Assembly (NCBI RefSeq): GCF_006345805.1
Contig: NC_043003.1
Span: 41,788,001-41,852,000, forward strand
DNA length: 64,000 bases
From: Octopus sinensis
Taxonomy: Eukaryota
Direction of reading: 5' to 3'
Position 1 is the stretch's first letter. Each line of letters starts with the position of its first letter. The position numbers and the translations under genes were made by a program. Shown piece by piece: positions 25,966-37,910 of the stretch. The notes beneath the pieces are model-generated. The model was not told the DNA's origin, did not search any database, and was given only the letters and a program-made list of their open reading frames with translations.

Positions 25966-27179
25966 GTGCAGTGGGGTAATAGTGGTGGATGGTGGTGGGT
26001 GATAGCTCGGATGTTTTTTTCCAGTTCTTTTGTTAGATTCATTATAGCTAAAAAAGAGGAAGAGGAGGTGGTTTCCTGTCTAGGGAACCGCAGGTAACTG
26101 TGGCCGCGGCTATTTTTATGTGAGTGGTTATCTTTAAATGTCCGACGAGTCCCCGGGAGATGGGTAAAGGGGCAATCCCTGTGCAAACACAATCTGTCTC
26201 GCTGGGAATAGCGGCAGATTTGGGGATTCCTTGTTTGAGATATTGGTGGTTGTGGTGGTGTTGTATTATGGTGGTTGCTGTTGTAGTTTGTGGGGATAGA
26301 GCGTTTTGTTCCAGGTAAATGGGTGAATTTGCAGTCGCTATCAGTTCACAGTCTATGGCGAAGAGAATATCGGCAAATGATGGGGTTTCGAGTGGGTGTG
26401 TAGGTGCGTGTGTGTGTGTGAGTTGTGAAAGGTGTAGATGATAGTTTGTTGAAGTTTTGGCGACCTTTGTGACCTGTAGGAGGTAAATTCCTTGAGATAG
26501 CATTAGTAGTAGTAGTTGTAGTAGTAGTAGTAGGTAGAAGAGATGTTGACAGTGGTAATGATTGAGGAGGTCGATTCCAAGACAAAGATGTTTGTCGATA
26601 CATAGTGGGAGTAGTACTAGTAGTAGTAAGCAGAGGAGATGGTGTTGACAATGATGATGATTGAGCTGCTGGGGCAGTGAAAGGAAGGGGTGGTGCTTCC
26701 TGCTGTGTGACCCTGATGAATGGGGGGTCAATCCTTTCGTTTAGCAAATCGGCCATTGTAGATGAATCAAGGAGTGGTTCATCCTGTTGTTGTTGTTGCC
26801 GCTGAGTTTGTTGTTGAGGTTGTTGTTGTTGTTGCCGCTGAGGTTGTTGCTGCTGAAGTTGTTGTTGTTGCTGTAGCTGTTGTTGTTGTTGTTGCCGCTG
26901 AGTTTGTTGCTGTTGCGCCGGTGATGCGTTCGAAAAGAAAACACATCTCAGTTTATCGAAGTGTTTATTTATTAATTTAAAAGCAACTTCGATTTGTTTT
27001 AATTTATTTTGTATCTGCTGTTCAGATCGAGTTTGCAAGTGGTGAACTGTTCGTTTAGCAATTTCGTTCAGACACGAAGCACCTATGCTCTCTGTTTCGG
27101 TAAGGCCATGCCATGTGTTGATAAGAACGTCGACTTCATTATCAGACCAGTTTTTGTTGGATTTTTGGTGGCTAGCCAT
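25956..27179 (-). pseudogene. LINE ORF1 (408 codons, one premature TGA): Myb/SANT-like domain, polyQ, S/T/P linker, two CCCH zinc fingers
   Basis: ORFs 26346..27179 and 25956..26192 are in the same frame. The stop at 26346-48 occupies the second Cys position of finger 1 (CRYSLRHRL*TDSDCKFTH). Finger 2 is CRYSQRDRLCLHRDCPFTH. Confidence 0.85.
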
Positions 27180-27639
27180 TCTGGTTGATATGTTTTATTA
27201 AATTTTATTTTGTTCGTTTGTTTTGTTGATTACTTTTAATTATTATTTTTTTATTTTTTTAAGGAGAAGTATGTAGAATTGATTGTACAGAATGTTTGCT
27301 GTAATACTGAGAAGTTTGTATTTGAATTATGAGCTTGTAGTTATTTTATCTTTCTTTTCTTTTTTTCCCTCTTTTTCTAATTTTTAATGTGTGGGTGATC
27401 CTTTAGTTATCAGAAGGTGTTTGAGAATATTTGGTCGTTTGAAAATTATGAAAATAGTTTGTGGTTAAGGAAAAGTCTACTCACGAGTTGGGAAAAAGCG
27501 TGGTTTCAAATATACAGGAATATATGTGATGGTCAATTACGACGAATGTAGCTGTAAAGCTTGCTGCTGACCGGCGCAGAGAGGAGTAAAAACACGTATA
27601 TATATATATACTTTATTTAAAAGCAGCAGAAAATTCAAC

Positions 27640-27686
27640 AAAACCTGTTACTCTTAGTTTCACGTTCCCGTTCGTCGGACAGTTTT
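27640..27686 (-). ncRNA. Compact type I hammerhead fold with U4C core variant
   Basis: AAAAA-CTGT CCGACGA ACG-GGAA-CGT GAAAC-TAAGA-GTA ACAG-G-TTTT: all three stems pair. The core reads CCGACGA instead of CUGANGA. Confidence 0.6.
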
Positions 27687-27709
27687 TGCTAGAATGTGTT
27701 TACTCCGGT

Positions 27710-27736
27710 ATATATATATAGATAGATAGATAGATT

Positions 27737-27800
<64 letters not shown>

Positions 27801-27871
27801 TATAGATAGATAGATAGATAGATAGATAGGTGTATAGACAGACAGACAGACAGACCGATAGACAGATAGAC

Positions 27872-27941
<70 letters not shown>

Positions 27942-28030
27942 ACAGATAGACAGATAGATAGATGGATAGTTAGATAGATAGATAGATAGATAGATACATA
28001 CATACATAGATACACAGATAGATAGACAGA
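27710..28030. repeat. (GATA)n/(GACA)n microsatellite
   Basis: Read directly. Confidence 0.95.
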
Positions 28031-28134
28031 TATAGACTTGTTTTATTTATATTTCCTGAGCGCCATACTAATACAATTGTTTGTTTGTTTTCCACCTGCC
28101 TTCGTCTTTTGTCTATTTTCATAAAGCTTCCCGT

Positions 28135-28159
<25 letters not shown>

Positions 28160-28165
<6 letters not shown>

Positions 28166-28573
28166 AATATAAGAGAGTGGTCACTATATGGCTCACTCTA
28201 GCACCAGTTAATCCAAAAGGTTTCAACCACAAAAATACATGTTTCCCATGAAAGTCAGTACGATTGTTAGCTCACACGGACAGGGCAAATAAAAAATAAC
28301 AAAAATACAGATTATTTTGGGACAATTGTTTCGCTATTAATGAATTAAATGTAATTTTACGATTTTTTTGTAAGTAAAATTACATTTAATTCATTAATAG
28401 CGAAACAATTGTCCCAAAATAATCTGTTTTTTGTTATTTTTTATTTGCCCTGTCCGTGTGAGCTAACAATCGTACTGACTTTCATGGGAAACATGTATTT
28501 TTGTGGTTGAAACCTTTTGGATTAACTGGTGCTAGAGTGAGCCATATAGTGACCACTCTCTTATATTTATTTT
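28160..28573. repeat. Long near-perfect inverted repeat (about 200-bp arms, 13-bp spacer)
   Basis: 28160-28360 is the reverse complement of 28374-28573 with one indel noticed. Confidence 0.95.
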
Positions 28574-28747
28574 GTAAAAATATTGTAATATATTATAAAA
28601 TATTATAATAATCCAGGTTTCTCGGAGCACTAGGCCACTTGGTGTTGAATAGATATACTATTAAATTAGTATCTAATTCTCTCACCCTTATATTAATTAA
28701 TATATATATATATATCTATATTAATATATATATATATATATATATAT

Positions 28748-29155
28748 ACTCTTTTACTCTTTTACTTGTTTCAGTCATTTGACTACGGCCATGCTGGAGC
28801 ACCGCATTTAGTCGAGCAAATCGACCCCGGGACTTATTCTTTGTAAGCCCAGTACTTATTCTATCGGTCTCTTTTGCCGAACCGCTAGGTGACGGGGACG
28901 TAAACACACCAGCATCGGTTGTCAAGCAATGCTAGGGGGACAAACACAGACACGCAAACATATACACACACACATATATATATACATATATACGACAGGC
29001 TTCTTTCAGTTTCCGTCTAACAAATCCACTCACAAGGCATTGGTTGGCCCGGGGCTATAGCAGAAGACACTTGCTCAAGATGCCACGCAGTGGGACTGAA
29101 CCCGGAACCATGTGGTTGGTTAGCAAGCTTCTTACCACATAGCCACTCCTGTGCC

Positions 29156-29156
<1 letters not shown>
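28748..29156 (-). mobile_element. tRNA-derived SINE, family A, apparently complete
   Basis: Head GGCACAGGAGTGGCTATGTGGTAAG (A box) and GGTTCAGTCCC (B box), a CORE-like TTGAGCAAGTGTCTT segment, and a tandem (AAGAGTAA) tail. It sits within (TA)n. Confidence 0.85.
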
Positions 29157-29187
<31 letters not shown>

Positions 29188-29195
29188 ATATATAT

Positions 29196-29284
<89 letters not shown>

Positions 29285-29955
29285 TAACTCAACAGGTTTG
29301 TCTCAATTTCTACCTTGCAAATTCACTCACATGTCATTGGTTGCTTTAAGGATATAGAAAATGCTGTTATCCACTGGTTTCGGGCTTCAACCCAAAACGA
29401 TATCGTAGCGAGAAAAAATCAATAATGACAAGGCCACCGAGCACAATTAAATTTTGTTAGATTTTTCATGCGCTGAAGCTCATCATACTCTAGGCCATTT
29501 TATGGCTTCTATAGACAATTTTTTGCCCTCCTGGGGCAAAGGTATATTTGCTAGCACTCACATCTCAAAGCACAACTTAGCCGATAAGAAGAATGAGAGA
29601 TATCGTAGTACTTCACCGGTGATATATTTGTTGATCTCGAAAAGAGTAGTTTTGACATTTGAAGAACCTTAACACAAAATGTAAGGGGCCGGAAGTATTT
29701 CCACAAGGTATTTCCACGAAGTATTTATTTTAATAAATCTGTCAATCAAGTTAGGTATTTAAAAGGAAGACATGAAAGTACTATGTACAGAGAATTCTAA
29801 AGAAAAAAGTATTTTTAAAAAAGTGCAATGATCGATTGGAAGTCACCAATGCTACAGCGAAGGCTCTAAAAATTAGAAGAATATCAAGACCAATACATAC
29901 AACGTAATCCTACTGTACCAAGATAGGATATATGGAAGGAAGATGTGTATTCCCA

Positions 29956-29984
<29 letters not shown>

Positions 29985-29988
<4 letters not shown>

Positions 29989-30285
29989 AAGTGGGACAAG
30001 AACGCAAGAGAAGGTGATATAAAAATGGACAACAAAACATTCAGATAGACGATACAAAGAAAACAAGGACGGGTCTTAAGAGGTTCTCTATCTTCAGTCA
30101 AGAACCAGAATACCCTTGCAATTTCTGCTGATTATTCTTGATTCATTGCTCCAATCTGGTCAGCCCTAAGGAAAAATTAAGATAAGAGCATTAGATTCCT
30201 TGGAAGAAAGCAGGTAATACAAAAACAAGGACAGACAAAACGGATGTTACACAAATATAAATAAAATAAAAATAAAAACAGGACA
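29985..30285 (-). repeat. Dispersed repeat, LTR-like, copy 2
   Basis: Reverse-complement homolog of 14575-14812. Confidence 0.6.
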
Positions 30286-30293
30286 TTACACAC

Positions 30294-30348
<55 letters not shown>

Positions 30349-30459
30349 AATATATATATATTATATATATATTATAATATATATATATAATATATATATA
30401 TGTGTGTGTGTTGTGTGTGTGTGTATGTGTGTGTGTGTGTGTGTTTGTGGTGTGTGTGC

Positions 30460-30780
30460 GTGTATAAAGGCGTATATCTCAGGGATTAGACTCACAATCA
30501 TGAGGTAGTAAGTTCACTTGTGTTGCGTTGTGTTCTTCATTTCTCGTTGCACCAGTTCACTTACGTATAGAAATGAGTTGCGTCGTCACTGGTGCCGAGC
30601 TGCATCGGCGTTTGCCTTTCCCTTGGATAACATGGATGGTGTAGAGAGCGGACGTTGTATGCAGGGATGACTTACTAGCCTTCCATAACCAAACTTGCCC
30701 GGACGTTTTCATCGGAAGGGAAGTTTCTGCGGGCAATTCCATGGTTATTCACAACTGAAGGGATTCTTTACCCTTCTACT
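30460..30780 (+). mobile_element. SINE family C (degenerate)
   Basis: CCTTTCCCTTGGATAACAT..CTTCCATAACCAAACTTGCCCGGAC matches the reverse complement of 44320-44578. Confidence 0.7.
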
Positions 30781-30781
30781 T

Positions 30782-30833
<52 letters not shown>

Positions 30834-31651
30834 AGTCTGTGTGTGTATGTGTGTGTCATGTTTTGCGTTCTTGTCCCGGTTTGTATTTTTTACATATATA
30901 TATGTATGTATGTATACACACACACACACGCAGACACACACATATTTACAGGCACGAACATATATAAGCTACTAAGAGTTTTCGTCAGGGTGATTCAAAC
31001 TAATAGGTTTGTGCTCTGAGTGCTCAGACAGGTATGCCAGTACAATTCCTGATTGAAAAACAGTTACAGTTCTAGCACTTTTCACTGCCTCATACAAAGC
31101 GGCTAGAAATGGCTTCTCCTTGGGTCACTAGTCTTAGCTTAGAGTAGGAAAGAAAGACAAACAATTGTCAAAACTTCACAAGCAAATTTAATTTAATTTA
31201 GCTATGTATGAAAGGTAGGGATTGTTTCTGACAGCTGTTTCTGGGATATCCTAGCTTTCGGAACACCACGCCGAGCGAAGACTCCTTATGTTGAGTATAC
31301 CTCATCAATGCGAGTTGTTGTGGTTCCTTCTGTCCAGAGAGGGAGGAGAGATTCTAAATAAACCAAGTTAGATTAGGTGCTCCTTACGTAAAACCATAAT
31401 CAGAGAGAATGGTTAGACAATAATCTATAGTGAGGTAAAATGGATGCTAGCTGTTCAAAAGTTGGACAAATACTGATGAAACATCTATGTTTCATCGCCA
31501 GTCACTAATTAGTCCAAACTAGTTTGTTAAGTGCCGAAGCACAAAACTCTCAGATATTCAAATCACACTGATAAATCTGCCAAATATAAATAAAAATGTA
31601 TATACTCATTTTAAGTTCTATTTTTCCTGTTTTCACCACTACACTTATATA

Positions 31652-31711
<60 letters not shown>

Positions 31712-33093
31712 AGACCATATATATATATATATATTATATAATGGATAATAAAACGTATGTTCCATCTTTCATTTGCCATATGTGTGTGTGAGTTTATGTG
31801 TGTGTGTCTGTGAGTGTGCGCGTGTGTGCACGTATATCACATATATGCTATATGTGTGTGTATGTGGGGGGTGTATTTGTGTGTTTGTGTGTCTATATAT
31901 ATAATCATATATACAGCAATATCATACAACTCTAATACTCTAAAATATAATGTTCTTAGTATGCTTTCGAAATTGACAAAATCATCACCAGACCAGCAAT
32001 TGGGTCTTATATTTTACATTTTTTATTCTCCTCTCTCTGTCTCTCTCACTCTGTCTCTCTCTCTCTCTTTTAATTCAAAGGTATAGCCTTGTAACGAAAT
32101 ATATTACATTAACTCGGTCATTAGTTTCATTATGAGTACAAACAAGGACGTCAATTAACAGGACGATAGTACCTAAGAATTCTTGCGGGGGAATTAAGTC
32201 AAGGAATTATATAGACACGATTGTTGTGTACTGAAATGTTCAGTCTTTAGTTTTATGTGGTCGCAATTTTGAATGCTCATCGTCAAAATTGACGGAGAAT
32301 ACATCGTGGGAACGGTGCAAGCGAAAGATTTTCTGTAGAAATAATGTTAGGATACCGGCTTATAACTTGATCATGCAATAATAAATTAGAAGGCAAAAAG
32401 TTTGAGTTTACGTGGAATAACCTACTTAGATCTTCGTGAACTTCAGGCCCAAATTTCTGATAAGGAGACAGAGACATATTGGCTAATATGATATTGTATA
32501 TCTATAAAATAATAAAACGGTATGTTAATGGCGAGAATCCCTTTGAACAAATGTCAATACACCCGACATCGAGCCGGCTTAGGTAACAAAAACGAGTAGT
32601 CTTGTTTACTAAAGTAAAAATTTTATTGCAATAGGAGATGCATTTCTCATCCATGTAACACCAATATACTGCACGAAAGCGAAGCGTTAATCCTTCAAAG
32701 TCCTTCAAAGTATAGTATTGATTATCGTCAGCAATAAAAATAGTTGGTAAAAGTAGTGATAGCAATATGAGTGTGTCAGGTTGCTTCGCTTTTTGTACTG
32801 GCAAAATGTAACACATTACAGCCTATTATATGGTCGGGTCGTCGATGACTAATACCTGGAATCTCACCAAGCTTGCTTGGTATGAAAGGTGATTTTCGAC
32901 ACCTACCAGACTATGACGTGTACCTGTGAAAATACCATAGTTGTAGGATAGACCTTCAATTTACGCAATAAAATGGACACGGACATGCTTGTATAGGTAC
33001 TTAATTTTGTAACCTCATAGCTTCAGTCTGATCTTATCGCGGAGATTTTATGGATGCTTTTCTTGTACAATAGCCAATGGTCGACCGAAACCT

Positions 33094-33145
<52 letters not shown>

Positions 33146-33325
33146 ATATATAATATATATATATATACATATACACATATATGTGTGTATGCGTATGTGT
33201 GTGGTGTGTGCGTGTATATATATAGAGATATATAGAGAGAATTCCCGAAAAAAAACAAAAGACGAAGACAGGTGGTGTTGAAATCAAACAGATGTATTAG
33301 TATAACGCTCGGGAATTGAAAAAGT

Positions 33326-33361
33326 CTTTAACGTTTCGAGCCTACGCTCTTCCACAGAAAG
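33326..33361 (-). ncRNA. Minimal hammerhead-like fold with non-canonical core (CUGUGGA)
   Basis: CTTT CTGTGGA A GAGC-GTAG-GCTC GAAAC GTT AAAG. It lies in a repeat (about 33240-33420) whose downstream part recurs at about 28040-28135. Confidence 0.45.
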
Positions 33362-34230
33362 GAACACAGAAAGAAACAAGGAGAGAAACAAGGGGGAAAA
33401 ATGTATGTAGTGGCTACCGATGTTCTCACATATACATTTATGTATGGATATAATTATCCATGTGCGTGTTGCGAGAGGAGAGTGTGAACAATTATATCCG
33501 CATTGAACAAATAAATAATTGAATATATGAAGGAACGAAACATAACCCGTGGTAAAGTTCAGTGGTACATAAGTGCAGTGATGGATACATTAATAGATAG
33601 ACCAACAAGCATAAACGCAGCTTAGTTGCTCCGTTTCTTTCAAATATATCATTTTAAAATCTCATTAAACGCAATCATTTGATGTAACTATGCTAACAAG
33701 ACGTAATACACTCTAAATACTACACGAAAAGTACTATTCATATCAGCACATTTCTACCTACACATTGCGATGGTTGTTCCTTTTTAGCTTTCTTTAAAAG
33801 AATTACAACATTGCACTGATAAAAGAAAATGCAAAAAATGATGTTCTATTGTCCCCGTTGCGTTCTATACAGCGAAGAGCATAATGCGGCGTGCAGCAAG
33901 TAACAAAATGGAGGAAACAAATTATAGCCTTCGAGTGCTTACGAAGTGCATTGTCCACGGAAGAAGGGTAGAGATACGGGACTGAATAGTGATGTTTTAA
34001 TAAAATATATTGGGAACGAAGTTGTGCACGATCTTACAAAAGGAATTCAATTAAAATATAATAAAAGCTTCCGCAAGAGGCGATATGCAAAAGAAATGCT
34101 AAGACATTATGCACACCATACGATCAGCTTTGAACGCACATATACATAAACGCACTCGCGCACACAAGTACCCCCCACATATATAAAATATGCGTTTGTG
34201 TATGTATATATGTATGTGCATGCATATACA

Positions 34231-34311
<81 letters not shown>

Positions 34312-34941
34312 ATATATACAGACAGATAAATAAATAGATAGATTGATAGATAGATAGATAGATAGATAGATAGAAAGATACTATATATCTGGGAAAGGAA
34401 GGAGGGAAGTTAAAAATATACGTATACTAATAAATTCTGATAAGAACACACACGTTCACACAAGCACACACAGAAATGTACATGTGTATGTATGTGTTTG
34501 TGTGTGTATGTACGTGCGTTCGTGTGTGCTGTGTGTAAGTGTGTGTGCGCGCGCGTGCGTACGTATGACATATATCTGCACGTACGTTGGGACACAACAG
34601 GAGAAACGGGTCGCAATCACGTCAGGATTTCTTGAGAGTAATTAAGCATTATTGTTGGTGACAGCGGTATGGCGACAAAATCAATGATCCGCACACGATT
34701 CACTTTTCGAAAATAGATTCTGGATTACAACTGCTTTCATGCCGTCTTTAATAAATTATCAATATTCTAAGAGTGAAAAACAGTTGATGGAAATTAAGTA
34801 ATCCCCGTAAGGTGCATTGTCGCATGTATTGTTTCAGTTAAGTATTGCATCACATACAGATACTCACACGCACACACACATTAACACAGATAGAGAGGTA
34901 GCTAAATAGGTAGATTAGTAGATATATGCATAAATATCTAC

Positions 34942-34976
<35 letters not shown>

Positions 34977-35371
34977 ACCCCTTGCACGCTATAGAGGACT
35001 GTTAAATTCAAAGCCACTATTAATGGTTTGGAATTTAACTGTCTTCTCTAAGCGTGAAAGGAATCTTATGATGGATACTTCTTATGCGTTTAAATGTACA
35101 CTGTATTCATATGAATAATATATTGTCTATTGACTAAATTTCCTTACGCGCCAGACCACTGGTAATGGAAATTTCAAATATTCCTGATTACCCATTGGTA
35201 TATATATATATATATATATATATAGATATATATATATAAGTTCAGTAAAATTTAGATTTAGTTGAGTGTGGTACTTAAGTTAAAGGCACCAGAATTTAGT
35301 ATGGTATTATCCATATAGTTCAAAATGGGGTGATTATAATCAAAATAAGCAACAACGATATCCAGAGGTAA

Positions 35372-35460
35372 ATGCAGTACGATCGTTCCATGCGACTCCG
35401 TTTAATTGAACAATGAAAATATTACATCAATTTACAATGTAGGGTAATCTTCAGCTGCAT
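35372..35460 (-). ncRNA. Degenerate type I hammerhead fold
   Basis: Stem I ATGCAG/CTGCAT, core CTGAAGA, palindromic loop III GATC, triplet GTA. GAAA is mutated to GGAA and the base of stem II pairs poorly. Confidence 0.5.
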
Positions 35461-36559
35461 AAAAATATAGAAACCCCATAAATTCCTTACTTTTATGTTA
35501 ACTAACCACTGAAAGCAGATTTATGTACACTGGAACCATCACATGATTTTATTTTAGCATATCGCCCACAATATTCGTGAGAGAAAATACCTGTCGTACC
35601 TGGGATACTTAATCAAAGCCACAGTATTGAAGATGAGGTTATTTTTTACACAGTCATCACAGCATTAACTCTTACATCATCCACTGAATTTGTACAGAAG
35701 GAAAAGATATCTTTCTCTGTTGCCCGATCGAATATATCAAGGGTTTCCGTAAAATGAATCATAAATATGACGGATTTTGCAATATATCTTCATGTACGTC
35801 ATTTTGCTAATTCAAAATGATGTTATAAACATAATCTTAATCTTAAGTTTATATGAAAAGCAATTAATATTTTAGGTGATGGAGAAAGCTTCCAATTCGA
35901 TCATACTTTGTAACAAATTTCAATGGTCAGTGTTCATATTCACTCAATATATTTCACTCAAAATATTTCAAAGCATCGGAATACCTCACAGCATATATAG
36001 GTCTACTCATATGGACATGAAATAATATAAAAATATATAAATATATAAAAATCTAAAAATATATAAATATATAAATATACTTGCGAGGGTGTATGTCCGT
36101 ATTGAAACCAATGAGGTTATTAATATATGCACATAGTGAATGTATAGTGGTAGTCCATTTAGGGGAGAATGTTGGTATAAAATGATTTTACATTGAATCT
36201 TCAGCAGTTACAAGTCTGACGACCGTTTCGAGAAAGTATAGTTTGGTATGGGCGAGTTAATTCCAACCACAACAAACATCTACATTTCTCTCAACAGAAT
36301 TAATCTAAAAGGATTTATAAAAGAATTATTTAAATCTTAAAGTTTTAAGCATGAGAAATTTTAAGAATTTCTAAGATTCGAATGCTGTTTCGGAACATAC
36401 CGTTCACGCAGATGATATAAGAGCTAAATTTATATGTTTAAATAGATTATGAGGCTATGGATAATCGTACTTTAAGATGAATCTAAATGCACAAAGGGTA
36501 AATAGATTAAAATTATATAAACTAATTACTTTTAGAAAAAAATTAAAAGTTGATAAATA

Positions 36560-37020
36560 TTTATGTTTACAAAGAATAATATCTGAAATCTTATTAAGTA
36601 AAATGTTTTAGTCAGCATGGGGTATATTAATCGCTTCTTTTGTGCATAATTTACAATTGCTGGCATGTGTATTGTATGGTTTGGTTTCCATTATAATAGA
36701 CCAATTCAGAGTGAATTCTTTATTACGCATTTTTAATTTATTAACGTGGTAGCTAGTGCAGTTTCAGTTTTTTGTTTCTTGATTAATAAATGAGTTTTGT
36801 GCCCTATATATCTAGTCTTAAAGTCAGTTGTACTTCATGTGTATATCTTCTTTGATTCATTAAGGGTTGAAAATTCAACTTTATATGCGACATTTCTCTT
36901 TAAACAGAATCCATTTAAGGGACAGAAATCCCGTTCATGGCAATTACCTATTCCGATGCTTTGAAATACATTGAGTGAATATGAACACTGACTTTTGAAA
37001 TTTGTTCTCTCATTCTTGGC
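36560..37020 (-). pseudogene. Penelope-like element GIY-YIG endonuclease relic
   Basis: NCHERDFCPLNGFCLKRNVAYK..KIYT*STTDFKTRY..HK..TALA / LNWSII..KPYN..CKLC.KE..LLNK..CKH, a typical Penelope endonuclease region with a stop and a frameshift. Confidence 0.8.
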
Positions 37021-37022
37021 TT

Positions 37023-37118
<96 letters not shown>

Positions 37119-37128
37119 GATATATATA

Positions 37129-37910
37129 TAAAACATATTGGTGAATTGAAGAAATGGAGCTGAACGCAGATTGAACAGAAATCGTTTTATCTGCGTTCAG
37201 CTTTCTGAAATAGCCTTTAAGATATCTACGATTAACCACTGCAAGGGGAATTACTCCTGTAAGACAAACGGGGCTTGGTTTTTTCACAGCGGGGGGTTTC
37301 CTTGACAAGGCAGGCTTAAATGAACACACACACACATAAAACATAATATATATATATTTTTTTTCTTTCTGCCACCCAACGGTTATCACGGCAGTAGCCA
37401 CTGACAGCCGAACGATCAAACGCACACACGTACACAAAAAATGTTTTCTGCCCCTACGCCAACACACACATATATAGAACAGTACACACACACACACGTC
37501 TCTAAGTAGATTTTTTCTCGCCCCTTATAAAACATCCAATATTCCTTAAATAGTCAGAACTTTATTCTCGGTCACAAAGAACATCTATACACCCTCACCC
37601 ACATGATTGACCGATGCCTGACCTGTTGAATTCTTCAGCCACCGGTTCTCAACATACACTGATAAACAGTTTCGCCATGGGCTCTTAGGAGCATAGTTCG
37701 ATTTGTTTTTGTTTTTGCTCCGCCTCTGTTCTGTTTTTGTTTTTCCAACGGATTTCCTTTTTCTTCCTGAAGAGAAAGACACAATATGGTCCCATTATTC
37801 AATCGGATTTTGGTAATTTGTGCCTTTCGAAACACGTGTAGAATGAAATAAAACGATTTCTGTTCAATCTGCGTTCAGCTCCATTTCTTCAATTCACCAA
37901 TAATGTTTTA
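37129..37910. repeat. About 62-bp inverted repeats (37129-37190 and 37848-37910)
   Basis: AAACATATTGGTGAATTGAAGAAATGGAGCTGAACGCAGATTGAACAGAAATCGTTTTAT and its reverse complement, with one indel. Confidence 0.9.
37760..37848 (+). ncRNA. Type I hammerhead ribozyme with fully canonical core
   Basis: TTTC-TTC CTGAAGA (37767-73), stem II GAAAG.CACAA/TTGTG.CTTTC, GAAA (37829-32), C-ACGT-GTA, then GAA-T-GAAA. Predicted cleavage after 37840. Confidence 0.75.

Larger units (their letters stand above)
22883..27596 (-). mobile_element. Near-full-length CR1-clade (Jockey superfamily) LINE, about 4.7 kb
   Basis: 5' UTR, ORF1, and ORF2 with APE and RT. The 3' tail is a short tandem TTCTAAGTTA. (TA)n lies on both flanks. 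Confidence 0.95.

Noticed and set aside
26048-26731. 227-aa minus-strand ORF overlapping LINE ORF1
   Set aside because: It is an alternative frame of the low-complexity ORF1. The CCCH motifs lie in the other frame.
31240-31320. TTGATGA..GAAAGCTA on the minus strand
   Set aside because: There is no stem I complementarity and the core is mutated.
37655-37700. Minus-strand GCC-CAT-GGC GAAAC-TG..CA-GT fold
   Set aside because: Two core mismatches, G at position 17, and no stem I.
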